A stretch of 64,000 bases of DNA from positions 10,340 through 74,339 of the forward strand of contig DNOQ01000450.1 of the NCBI GenBank assembly GCA_003501665.1. Direction: 5' to 3'. Origin of the DNA: Bacteroidales bacterium. Lineage in GTDB: Bacteria > Bacteroidota > Bacteroidia > Bacteroidales > VadinHA17. Made by a program: the position numbers and the translations under genes. The notes below the pieces were generated by a model, which had not been told where the DNA came from, did not search any database, and saw only the letters and a list, made by a program, of their open reading frames with translations. Positions 53,506 to 63,379 of this stretch are shown here, in pieces; the first letter of the stretch is position 1, and every line of letters begins with the position of its first letter.

Positions 53506-56172
53506 TTATTCCAGAAGGAATGAAGCCGGCTTATAGGCTCCTATCTCAATCTCGAATGAATTATCTTTTAAAACAACAGGATTCCCGGTTTTCTCTCCTC
53601 TCAGATTAACAGGAACCACCCTGGTGAAGGATATACCTTCTGGCAATGTAACTTTACATTTCCCCGGCTCACCGGCCTGTTCCCAGAGTCTGAGTACAGT
53701 TCCGGCCCCGAATACGTTCGGTCCGAAAGACGTTACCAGCACACCTCTTTTTGATAATATTATTCCATCACTGGCAGGAGGTAAAGGTCCTGGTTTGCCA
53801 GATATAATTGCGGCTTTCAGGGGAGCTCTGAATTCTTCCGATGGCGATATCAGTGACTGTTCATTTTTATAACCCTGGAAACTCCAGATAAACATTTTAG
53901 CTGACCATGAGCCTTCAATCCATTCAGTGAAGTTTGTGCTCCACTGGTTATTATATAGATTTACAAAGACATTTGGCTTTTTAGGTATAAAATATTTCGA
54001 GTACCTCCATAATCCCGGTCTGTCGAGGCTAATACCGGGAGCGTCAGGGGTGCAGACTGCAAAGCCGTTCTTTTTATTATCGAGTAATGCAATACCACTG
54101 TTAATGAGATAGAAATCAAAGTCTGAACCTTTTATAATATCTTTTGACGGGTCAATTACAGCACCCAGGCGTCCTACCCTGAACTGAGCATTATCGACTT
54201 TAAACGGAAAGCTTATCCATCCGGCTTCAGGCCATGGTTCAGCCTGCTTGCCATCGATAAACCAGTTTATTTCAATGTAAGGCAGATCTTTATAAAGGGT
54301 ATAGGAAAGAGAATAATTATGGGGATTACCCTTCTCCCTGGTAAAATGGAGGAATGCTTTTGCGGATATATCATCTGACAAATATTTTACTGTTGCTTTC
54401 CCTCCGTTGACAATGCTATAGGGTGTTTCGTCAAGGTTAGGACGTCCGAACTCAGGTACACCCCATGACAGGTCTACCTTCAGATAAGCATCCGTATACC
54501 TTTTGGTCTCTGTTTTACTGAATCTTTCGTACATATACTGACCAAACCCATAAACAGAACTCTGATCGACCATTTCATATCCCGATTTTTTATCAATAAT
54601 TGATACTGCTGCTCCTTTTGCAGGATCAATATTTATTTTAAAATACTCATTTTCAATAACATTAGCCTTTTCATCAGCCACTGGTGATTTAACATTTTCA
54701 GCTTTGGGAGCCGATACCGGGACATAGGTAGTATAACCTGAAGAGGGGACATTTTTTGCAATGAATTTCAGGACTTTACCCTTATTGTGAACCGGGATGA
54801 CCTCTCCTGTTCTTAGCTCCTGAAGAGCTTCAATTTTAGTTTCCTGCTGTACAGTTACAATACCTGAGCGTGCCCAGGGGAGAGAGTTATATACAACTAT
54901 TCTCTGACCAGGGACATTTACCGAGGAAGAGAGTCTCTTCATCTCCCTGTCGAATGCCGGGAGAAGGATCTTTTCTGCCTGGTAAACACGATCTCCCTTT
55001 TCTTTCCATGAAGCTTCAATTTCTTTATAAGTTCCTGCAGCACGTGTTTCATGAAACTTGTCCCCATAGTACCAGTCACCTGAATGGCCATGACTCATTG
55101 CCATCCCGAATGTATGCTCATCCCATAAGAGAGCACCTTCAGCAGCAGGTGCCGTGAATGATGTAATATCTACTTTCCGGTCGGTCCAGTTATTTAAGAG
55201 AGTATTAAGCAGTTCGAATGAATATATATCCTTATGCAATGACCGGACGCTTTTCATCTCCCGCGGCATGGACATATACCCATGTATCCAGGTATCCGGC
55301 ATATCTCCTCTTACAACTGGCAGATCAGGATTCTCCTTCATCAGTGCATCATAAAAATCGGAGATCCTGCCAATCCTCAGTTTTGCATTGGGAGCCAGTT
55401 CCTGAGCCCTTATAAGTACTTTTTCAACATCCTCTGGTGCCGGAGGGCCCTGGTTATCGCCTGTATGGACTATGGCAAGCCACGTCTTGAATTTCCAGCT
55501 TTCATCAGGGACCAGGCTTGTGCCATAACTCTCGGCCCAGTAAATAGTCATAAGCCTGGAATCATCAGGTCCCTGCCACCAGAATATCAGGGGTACTTCA
55601 GGAGAACTTGAAACGGCGTTGCAGCCGATATGCAGGATTTTTATCCCGGCATTGTTAAGAAGTGTAGGCAGAAACCATGAATGACTTGGCACATCGGTCA
55701 GCTTTGCATCGCGGGGTAAGGGCAGATTGAACTTCCTTGAAAGATCAGCTGAAAAAGCAAGTGATCGCACTAGGACTTCAGGGTCTGCGGCTTCAGTCTC
55801 AAAGGTGAAAGGCAGGCCATGATACACAAACCAGCCTTCGCGAATAGCAGCCTCGACTTTGGGTTTAATCTCAGGAGAACACCTTTGAAGGATCTGGGTC
55901 ACCGGCCATGAGGGCATGGTCCAGACAAACTGTTTTTCCTGCGGAAGGCTCCGGCTTTTTTCAAGTGTCGCCAGAGCCTGTTCCATCATGGTTGTTGAGT
56001 ACTTATTGATTACCGATTCGGCCATATCGGTATACCCGTTGTCAAAATGAGTCTTGAATACAAAGATTATCTCTTTAACATTGAGATTTGGTTTTACTTT
56101 CTCCTGGGCATTACCTGCCCCGGCGAAGAAAAAGATAAACAGCAGAAGGCTAATTAGTCTATTCATATTCAA
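53506..56172 (-). CDS. Distant GH38-like glycosidase candidate (paralogue B)
   Basis: 888 aa. It is collinear with paralogue A and highly similar over the full length, with the same THFDNGY and TDVPSHSW segments, and has a signal peptide. Confidence 0.55.
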   Translation of the reverse strand: MNMNRLISLLLFIFFFAGAGNAQEKVKPNLNVKEIIFVFKTHFDNGYTDMAESVINKYSTTMMEQALATLEKSRSLPQEKQFVWTMPSWPVTQILQRCSPEIKPKVEAAIREGWFVYHGLPFTFETEAADPEVLVRSLAFSADLSRKFNLPLPRDAKLTDVPSHSWFLPTLLNNAGIKILHIGCNAVSSSPEVPLIFWWQGPDDSRLMTIYWAESYGTSLVPDESWKFKTWLAIVHTGDNQGPPAPEDVEKVLIRAQELAPNAKLRIGRISDFYDALMKENPDLPVVRGDMPDTWIHGYMSMPREMKSVRSLHKDIYSFELLNTLLNNWTDRKVDITSFTAPAAEGALLWDEHTFGMAMSHGHSGDWYYGDKFHETRAAGTYKEIEASWKEKGDRVYQAEKILLPAFDREMKRLSSSVNVPGQRIVVYNSLPWARSGIVTVQQETKIEALQELRTGEVIPVHNKGKVLKFIAKNVPSSGYTTYVPVSAPKAENVKSPVADEKANVIENEYFKINIDPAKGAAVSIIDKKSGYEMVDQSSVYGFGQYMYERFSKTETKRYTDAYLKVDLSWGVPEFGRPNLDETPYSIVNGGKATVKYLSDDISAKAFLHFTREKGNPHNYSLSYTLYKDLPYIEINWFIDGKQAEPWPEAGWISFPFKVDNAQFRVGRLGAVIDPSKDIIKGSDFDFYLINSGIALLDNKKNGFAVCTPDAPGISLDRPGLWRYSKYFIPKKPNVFVNLYNNQWSTNFTEWIEGSWSAKMFIWSFQGYKNEQSLISPSEEFRAPLKAAIISGKPGPLPPASDGIILSKRGVLVTSFGPNVFGAGTVLRLWEQAGEPGKCKVTLPEGISFTRVVPVNLRGEKTGNPVVLKDNSFEIEIGAYKPASFLLE

Positions 56173-56241
56173 TATTTTAACTTATAACTTGTAATTCATT
56201 TTTTTTGATACCGTATCTGGAGTGATAAGTTCTTTAATACC

Positions 56242-58503
56242 TTATTTAATATCTGTCAGTTGATTTAAAACAGACGGGGCGCTTGCCCACTCCTTGGCAG
56301 GACGGTCTCCCATAACGAATTCGAGTGTTCCTCCCTGTACTATTTCAGAATGTTTTATCCATGCTCTGTTAAAAGTCTCGTCGTTCAGGGTAGCTGACTG
56401 TATATATTTGTTTTGTTTTGATACATTTCTGGCTTTGACCATGAATGTCTTTCCATTGCCGAGTTTTATCTTAACCTTTTTAAAGAATGGGCTTCCTATG
56501 GCATACAATCCATTGCCCGGTGTTACAGGATAAAAGCCCATTGCGGAAAAGACATACCATGAACATAATGCACCTCCATCCTCATCACCTGACAGACCAA
56601 GGGGATCGTCATCAAACCACATTTCCATAACTTCCCGGATCCTCCTTTGTGTTTTCCAAGGCTTGCCCGCATAGTTATACAGGTAAGGTACATGGAATGA
56701 TGGCTCATTACCAGCCGGGAACATGCCGTTCAGGCCGGATGCATCAGGGAACTGACCCATGAACTGCCACTTGGCCATCCGGGTTGGTTCATTAAAAAGG
56801 TCATCGAGCCGTCTGGTAAATGACTCAGCTCCTCCCATCATTTCAATAAGCCCCGGGATATCATGCATCACATTAAAATTCCATATATAGGCATTATTCT
56901 CTGCAAAATACATCCTGCTTCCCACACCTCCCGAGGTCTGGGGATTAAAAGGTTCAACCCAGTTGCCGTCAGCCATTTTAGGTGACATAAATCCTGTAGC
57001 CGGATTATATACATTACGGAAATTCTGTGATCTCTTCATGAAGTATTTGTAATCGTCATTTTTACCAAGCGCCTTTGCCAGTTGGGCAAGACACCAGTCG
57101 TCATAGCTATGTTCTAGAGTTACGGCAACAGCCTGTCTTTTTTCAAAACCATCAACCATCGGTTCAGTCTCTTCAGCACCCTCAGGAAGAGCAGGATACC
57201 AGCCATTCTGTATATAAAAGCTATCCAGTCCGCACATAGGTCCCGACCTCCATGGCAACATGGTACCACTCATTGCGTTTTTCTTCAGACCTTCATATCC
57301 CTTCTCAACATCGAAATCAGTACTACCTTTCTGGTATGTATCCCAGATCAGCGCTGCAGCATGGAAGCCAATCATGGCAGGAAAGTCACCGTAAAACTGG
57401 GGGAAAGTGGGCATCCATCCGCTCTGATCATACATATCGACATAAGATTGTACCATATCAACCTGTCTGTCAGGTTCGATCAGGTAAAGAAGAGGATGAT
57501 GACTCCGGAAGGTATCCCATAACCAGTCATCAACATAGAACGGCCTGCCATTGTCTTCGTGAACCTTTTTATCATAACCGCTGAAATAACGTCCGTATTC
57601 CGAGATGTTGACCATCCGTTCCAGACCACGGTAAAATGATGTATAGAAAATTCTCATCTGTCTTTCGGTTCCACCTTTTACAAAGATCTTACCCAGGACT
57701 TCCTTCCATATTCTGTAGCTTTCTTCAGATACCTGTTCAAATGACTTACCGCTCATTTCACGGGTCAGATTATCCTTAGCCTGTTTTTCATCTATATAGG
57801 AAATCCCTATCCTGATTTCGACAGGTTCCGCCGGAGCATTGAATGTCAGGTAGATACCTGTTCTTCTTCCGCTTATCTCATTGTCTCCTGAAGCAAGATC
57901 CTCCCCGGCGAATGTACCGTTCACATCGAAAGGCCTTGAGAGTTCTGCATAAAAATATTGCTTTGTGCCTCTCGACTCTTCCCATCCCTGAAGTGAATTT
58001 TTGTCATTTATTACGAATGATGCCTGACCCCCGGACCTGAAGACAATATTGGCAGCTTTATTTTCCTGGTAATCAAATCTATAGATTACAGCTCTCTCGG
58101 TGGTTGTCCAGTCTGCAATAATATCATGATCTTCAAGAAGCACTTTATGTCTCCAGGGATGTAATTCTTCCATATCATGATCATAGGATGATGCATTTGC
58201 CGCATGGTTGGCTGAAACTGTTCCTGCCGTAGGCATCAGCTCAGTGACATGTCCGTTTCTGTATGCCGGCATGTTGACTGCCAGGCCATATATTTTGTCT
58301 GAAAGGTAACGATCTCCCAGACCGGGCCTGGTAACTGTAAAAACCCGTATCATACTGTGAGGACGGTGAACAGTCGGATTCTTGGTAGTAAGAAGTGGTG
58401 CCACGCCTCCGATATTAGGATCAACATAACTTGTAACATCAGCATTATTACAGGCAGTAACAAATACTGAAATGATCAGCAGAAGATTTCTTATTTTACG
58501 CAT
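56242..58503 (-). CDS. GH92-family alpha-mannosidase (lipoprotein)
   Basis: 753 aa with the lipoprotein box ...ISVFVTACNN. Motifs are ...YVDPNIGGVAPLLTTKNPTVHRPHSMIRV... and ...AGNEPSFHVPYLYNYAGKPWKTQRRIREVM...LSGDEDGGALCSWYVFSAMGFYPVTPG...IGSPFFKKVKIKL.... Confidence 0.85.
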   Translation of the reverse strand: MRKIRNLLLIISVFVTACNNADVTSYVDPNIGGVAPLLTTKNPTVHRPHSMIRVFTVTRPGLGDRYLSDKIYGLAVNMPAYRNGHVTELMPTAGTVSANHAANASSYDHDMEELHPWRHKVLLEDHDIIADWTTTERAVIYRFDYQENKAANIVFRSGGQASFVINDKNSLQGWEESRGTKQYFYAELSRPFDVNGTFAGEDLASGDNEISGRRTGIYLTFNAPAEPVEIRIGISYIDEKQAKDNLTREMSGKSFEQVSEESYRIWKEVLGKIFVKGGTERQMRIFYTSFYRGLERMVNISEYGRYFSGYDKKVHEDNGRPFYVDDWLWDTFRSHHPLLYLIEPDRQVDMVQSYVDMYDQSGWMPTFPQFYGDFPAMIGFHAAALIWDTYQKGSTDFDVEKGYEGLKKNAMSGTMLPWRSGPMCGLDSFYIQNGWYPALPEGAEETEPMVDGFEKRQAVAVTLEHSYDDWCLAQLAKALGKNDDYKYFMKRSQNFRNVYNPATGFMSPKMADGNWVEPFNPQTSGGVGSRMYFAENNAYIWNFNVMHDIPGLIEMMGGAESFTRRLDDLFNEPTRMAKWQFMGQFPDASGLNGMFPAGNEPSFHVPYLYNYAGKPWKTQRRIREVMEMWFDDDPLGLSGDEDGGALCSWYVFSAMGFYPVTPGNGLYAIGSPFFKKVKIKLGNGKTFMVKARNVSKQNKYIQSATLNDETFNRAWIKHSEIVQGGTLEFVMGDRPAKEWASAPSVLNQLTDIK

Positions 58504-58579
58504 AATAACAGGTATTTTAAGTCAGGTACATTCATAATACAATTACAATAAAAAACTAAGGTACACATTTTGGATTATT

Positions 58580-60955
58580 TCAGTTCTGAATTGCTGTTCC
58601 CCAGGTTTTATTTGGCTCCGGACCCAATTCAATTTCAAGTTTTCCCCCCTTGAAAAATTCAGCGACAGGAAAGGTGAAGCTATTCCATGGCTTACCATTT
58701 AACCGGGCACTTTGAATATAGATATCATCTGTATTTTTTCTTTTTGTGGATATCTCAAAAACAGTAGTCTCTTCCTTATTATCCAATGAAGGGAATCTTA
58801 ATACAGTTCTGTCAAATAACGGACTGGTTATTTCAAGATCAGGATCTTTTCCAACACATCCCTGGACATCGAACAGGCCGATAGCCATAAGAACACCCAG
58901 GGCTCCAAGCTGTCCCTGGTCTTCATCACCATTGTAGCCGCTGAAGGGATCTGTTCCCCCGAATGATATCTCCTTTACCTGGCGCACCCAGAATTGTGTC
59001 TTCCAGGGTGCTCCAGCAAAGCTGAAGAGGTGTGCCATCTCGCACGACGGTTGATTTTCATAGTCTACCCAGCCGGTTCCATGCTCACCATGCGGTGTCA
59101 CGAACCTGTGAGGTAAAGCTTTAAAGAAATTTGAATCCAGTTTGCTGACAAATGCATTATCGCCTCCCATTTGAGCTATCAATCCCTTTACATTCTGTGG
59201 TACATAAAAAGAATATGTGGCTGAGTTACCTTCAATAAAACCCAGGGAATTGAATTTGCCCTCGATTGATATAGGTGAGAAGGGTTCCATCCATTCTCCT
59301 GTTTTGTGGCGCGGACGTGCCCAGCCTGCAACCGGGTCAAAGACATTCCTCCAGTTTTCAGAACGCTTCAGAAAGAGGTCTGCATCCTTGTTTTTCCCCA
59401 ATAATTCAGCCATTACAGCAATGCACCAGTCCTGGTAAGCATATTCAAGGGTCATTGATGTTCCCCCGCGGTGGAAGCCATCCCCTCTTTTGGCAATCTC
59501 GACCGGTACGTAGCCCAGATCAACATACCAGTCTATTCCACCACCTGATGGATTTGGTCCGGCTTCATAACCAGCACGGTCACGAATCCCTCCGGGAAAA
59601 GCATTTTTCCTTGCTCCGGCATATGAGAGCTCCGGATCAAAACCTGCTCTGCCGGTTGACATGAGAGCTGCAAGAAGAGGAACAGAATGGTCCCCGACCA
59701 TTACATAGGAATAATTGCCTCCCCATGAGCATCTCGACATCGTACCTGCATTCCGGTAATAATCCAGGAATGTCTCAGCCATCCAGTTACCATATTCAGG
59801 ATAAAGCAGAGACCAGAAAACATTGAGATTCCATTGTGATCCCCAGAGTCCATCCCCATCCAGGAACGGTCTTACCGGTTTACCTTTTTCATCCAAAGGT
59901 ACCTGGCGTATCACCGGTTCCGGACCGGTCCAGTCAGCATATAATCCATCCACGTCACTGCATATTCTTTTGGATGCCGTATGCATCAGGTCGGTATATA
60001 GTTTTACCTGCTGTTCCTTTGTTCCGCCTTCCACATCAACTCTCCCAAGGTAATCATTCCATGAATTAGTAGCTTCACTGACAACTTTATCGAAGTCCCA
60101 GTGAGGAAGTTCGGTGTCAAGATTCAGACGGGCATTATTTGCACTCACATGTGACAGAGCTACTTTAATGAGTATTTTTTCACCTTCCTTCAAATCCTTA
60201 TACGACACATTAACACCACTGCTTTCTCCGCTGACAATGCCATTTTCTGGTCTGACCATGGCGGAAGTTTTTTCAGCACCCTCTATTTTCCACCCTGCAA
60301 AATCATTAAATGGCTTACTGAAATGTGCCACAAAATGAACAATGAAAGGCTTTTTTCGTCTGAAAGTCGGGGCCATTACCGAATAGCCTTCAATTTCATC
60401 ATTACCTGTCTGTCTTGCATAGGAATATGACATTTTTGTGGGTCCCAGATGTGCACCAAGATCGAAAAGGATATTTGCCTCACCCGCTTCAGGGAAAGTA
60501 TACCTGTGCATTCCCACCCTGCAAGTTGCTGTAAGCTCAGCTGTTACCCTGAAGTCTTCAAGAAAGACTTTATGATATCCAGGTTTTACAACTTCTTTAT
60601 CATGACTGAATCGTGATTTATTCGACTCAAAACCAAGGTTCCCCCTGCATGGTCCAGGAACAGGCATGACAGGAATTCCTGCCGTCTGTGCATTATGAAT
60701 ATGGGAAAAGTTCAGAATATATTCATCATTATACATGTAACCCGAATTCCAGAGATCACCATGCCGTGTGTCAGGTGATAAGCAAACCATCCCAAATGGG
60801 ACTGCCGCGGAAATAAAATAATCAAACCGCGATTTATGGCTGTCAATCAGAGGATTAACAAGATCTGCCGGAGATTTTTTCCCTTCATTAACAGATAATT
60901 CAGTGGAACATCCGGTCATAAGCAGTAGCAATAACAGGACCCTCAGGTTATTCAT
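58580..60955 (-). CDS. GH92-family alpha-mannosidase (lipoprotein)
   Basis: 791 aa with the lipoprotein box ...LLLMTGCSTE. Motifs are ...LVNPLIDSHKSRFDYFISAAVPFGMVCLSPDT... and ...YENQPSCEMAHLFSFAGAPWKTQFWVRQV...SGYNGDEDQGQLGALGVLMAIGLF...ITSPLFDRTVLRF.... Confidence 0.9.
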   Translation of the reverse strand: MNNLRVLLLLLLMTGCSTELSVNEGKKSPADLVNPLIDSHKSRFDYFISAAVPFGMVCLSPDTRHGDLWNSGYMYNDEYILNFSHIHNAQTAGIPVMPVPGPCRGNLGFESNKSRFSHDKEVVKPGYHKVFLEDFRVTAELTATCRVGMHRYTFPEAGEANILFDLGAHLGPTKMSYSYARQTGNDEIEGYSVMAPTFRRKKPFIVHFVAHFSKPFNDFAGWKIEGAEKTSAMVRPENGIVSGESSGVNVSYKDLKEGEKILIKVALSHVSANNARLNLDTELPHWDFDKVVSEATNSWNDYLGRVDVEGGTKEQQVKLYTDLMHTASKRICSDVDGLYADWTGPEPVIRQVPLDEKGKPVRPFLDGDGLWGSQWNLNVFWSLLYPEYGNWMAETFLDYYRNAGTMSRCSWGGNYSYVMVGDHSVPLLAALMSTGRAGFDPELSYAGARKNAFPGGIRDRAGYEAGPNPSGGGIDWYVDLGYVPVEIAKRGDGFHRGGTSMTLEYAYQDWCIAVMAELLGKNKDADLFLKRSENWRNVFDPVAGWARPRHKTGEWMEPFSPISIEGKFNSLGFIEGNSATYSFYVPQNVKGLIAQMGGDNAFVSKLDSNFFKALPHRFVTPHGEHGTGWVDYENQPSCEMAHLFSFAGAPWKTQFWVRQVKEISFGGTDPFSGYNGDEDQGQLGALGVLMAIGLFDVQGCVGKDPDLEITSPLFDRTVLRFPSLDNKEETTVFEISTKRKNTDDIYIQSARLNGKPWNSFTFPVAEFFKGGKLEIELGPEPNKTWGTAIQN

Positions 60956-61012
60956 GGCTTTTTATATAAGATGTTTTTAATTTCACGGCCTATACCGGCT
61001 TATATCTAAATT

Positions 61013-63115
61013 TTATTTGTTTGATTTCCATATCTTGCTGAGTTCAATGGCAGCAGGTTTCGTGTTTCCTTCAAAATCAATTATTGATGTATTGACAGGG
61101 CAAGGGTAACAGTCGTGGCCCATCCAGATTATGAATCCTCCGCATTCTGGGAAACGGGACTTATTTGCCTGCAGGGCTATGCTGAGCCCGGCTGTCTGAC
61201 GGCCCTGGCTCCAACTGACATATTCTTCAAGCGATCCAGGAATTCTACCATTATTGTCAAAAATGAAGTCATCCCATTCGATCCACCAGCTTACTTTCCT
61301 CCAGAGAGGATTATCCATATTGGCAGGAAGTGCAGGCAGATCACCACGGTATTTATTAATCATCTCTGCTGACATGGCTCCGGCCACACCGACCTCTGAA
61401 TGCATCAGGGCATCATCAAGATCCCAGAATTTTTTAACTGCATTCATGGTACGGTCCTTTTCAGTGAATGGCAGCTTCCATGGTCCATGGACATCCCAGC
61501 AAACACCCTTTCCAAAGTTATTCAGGCTGCCTCCAATCGTTGGCCCGGAGGGAGATCCTGTAACAAAACGCCGCCAGGGATCTTCCGCCTTGACCATTTG
61601 CTTCATACACCTGATCATCGGATGTTTATCATTCACTGGGGCTATATCGCCATATTCATACAACTCATTCCCGCCGCACCATAACAAAAGAGAGACATGA
61701 TGGCGCAACCGTTTTATATAACTTTCTGATATCTTTGACATTACAAAGATCTCTTCCGGAGTGTCAGGTGGATAATTATCCAGTCCCGAGGAAGAGAGAG
61801 GAAACTCCTGCCATACCATTATTCCCATTTTGTCGCAGGTATTATAGAACCACTCCTTTTCCGGGAATCCGCCTCCCCAGACCCTGAAAATATTAATTCC
61901 CAGGTCTTTGTAGGTTTTTATTAACCTAAGGTAATCGGATTCCTCAAGATCGGCAAAATTCGGACGGACCGGAGTCCAGTTGACTCCCTGAAGAAATACC
62001 GGCTTATCGTTCACACTGCAGATCCATGGATCAGCCTGAGGCAGTGCACCCTGGCATGGAAGCCAGCTTATATTTTTAAATCCGACAATACGTTCTATAA
62101 CCTGGCAGGTATTCCCGTCCCTGTCGTACAAAGTACATACCATCTCGTACAATACCTGGTCACCAAGACCATTAGGCCACCATCTTTTGATTTTCAGATC
62201 ATTCCAGGTTTTTCCCTCACGAAGTATTGTGGATGGGAGGGTCTCATCAATGACAGGTTCACCCGTATCTTTTTTCAGCTGAATCCTGACCTTACCTTTC
62301 AGGGCTTCCGGTGTCATTTCTGCAGAGATCTCCATCTTCCCCAGATCCTTGCTCCTGTTAGCATCAGTGACAACTCTGAAGGTCTCTATCTCCGGATTTT
62401 CCTTAGCACCCACTTCAAGAAAAATTTCATCCCATATACCTGTCTGGACAATCCTTGGAACCCAGTCCCATCCATAATAGAACCTGGGTTTCCAGTCTTT
62501 GATCTTCGAAGTGTATGTTATCTGACCCAGGTAGTCCGGGGGTGATCTGAAGACAATGGCCAGTGTATTGTTATTCTCCTTAAGAAAAGAAGTAATATCA
62601 AATTTGTATGGAACAAAGGTATTGTTGAATTTCCCGGCTTCCCTGCCATTAACAATAATGACCCCATTATGATCAAGCCCCATGCAATTCAGTATTGTTT
62701 TACCTCCCTTTTTCATCCATTTATCAGGGATCCTGGTAATGTATATCCAATGGCGGTTTTCAATCCATTCTATTGAGAAATTATTATTGCCGATATTCCA
62801 ATCCTCAATAATACCTGCATCCTTTAATGATTTTTGCACCGACCCGGGGATCTTTGCCGAAATATTGCTGAACTCAGCTTTGGGTCCTTTTATTTCATTG
62901 AAATTAAAATCCCATTTCCAGCTTTCCGGACCGTAACCCCATAGCTTCCATTCAAGTGAGGAAAGGTTATGCGAGGTTTTCCCGATAGAATTTTCATCAT
63001 CATTCCCGGAATATATAATTCCTGTCTGGCTTGCAGAAATCAATAAAAGTACTGCAACTTTCTTAAACAATTTATTACAATTTATCATAACTGGTATTAG
63101 AATAAGTTTATGCAT
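61013..63115 (-). CDS. GH2-family glycosidase (beta-mannosidase / exo-beta-glucosaminidase-like subgroup)
   Basis: 700 aa with a signal peptide. It has a GH2 N-terminal sugar-binding pattern (...IPGSVQKSLKDAGIIEDWNIGNNN...). Other motifs are ...INIFRVWGGGFPEKEWFYNTCDKMGIMVWQEFPLSSSG... and ...HHVSLLLWCGGNELYEYG.... Confidence 0.8.
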   Translation of the reverse strand: MHKLILIPVMINCNKLFKKVAVLLLISASQTGIIYSGNDDENSIGKTSHNLSSLEWKLWGYGPESWKWDFNFNEIKGPKAEFSNISAKIPGSVQKSLKDAGIIEDWNIGNNNFSIEWIENRHWIYITRIPDKWMKKGGKTILNCMGLDHNGVIIVNGREAGKFNNTFVPYKFDITSFLKENNNTLAIVFRSPPDYLGQITYTSKIKDWKPRFYYGWDWVPRIVQTGIWDEIFLEVGAKENPEIETFRVVTDANRSKDLGKMEISAEMTPEALKGKVRIQLKKDTGEPVIDETLPSTILREGKTWNDLKIKRWWPNGLGDQVLYEMVCTLYDRDGNTCQVIERIVGFKNISWLPCQGALPQADPWICSVNDKPVFLQGVNWTPVRPNFADLEESDYLRLIKTYKDLGINIFRVWGGGFPEKEWFYNTCDKMGIMVWQEFPLSSSGLDNYPPDTPEEIFVMSKISESYIKRLRHHVSLLLWCGGNELYEYGDIAPVNDKHPMIRCMKQMVKAEDPWRRFVTGSPSGPTIGGSLNNFGKGVCWDVHGPWKLPFTEKDRTMNAVKKFWDLDDALMHSEVGVAGAMSAEMINKYRGDLPALPANMDNPLWRKVSWWIEWDDFIFDNNGRIPGSLEEYVSWSQGRQTAGLSIALQANKSRFPECGGFIIWMGHDCYPCPVNTSIIDFEGNTKPAAIELSKIWKSNK

Positions 63116-63379
63116 AACATATCAGAATAGAATATCGTGATGTGAGACACTAATTCATATAATTTGTCTTAGGTATGATTTGCCTGGTACCGTTTGTTTT
63201 TCAACATTACTGCACTAAAAATTGGTAATCCTCCTTCAATCAGATTGTTAATTTATCGTCGTTTTATACAGTAACAACCTCAGGCAGAAAGTCATTTTTT
63301 TTTATTTAGTATCGGTTTTAATAATAAAATGTCTTAAATATCTGTATATCTGTTATTTAGTCACACGAACTCACCCCAA

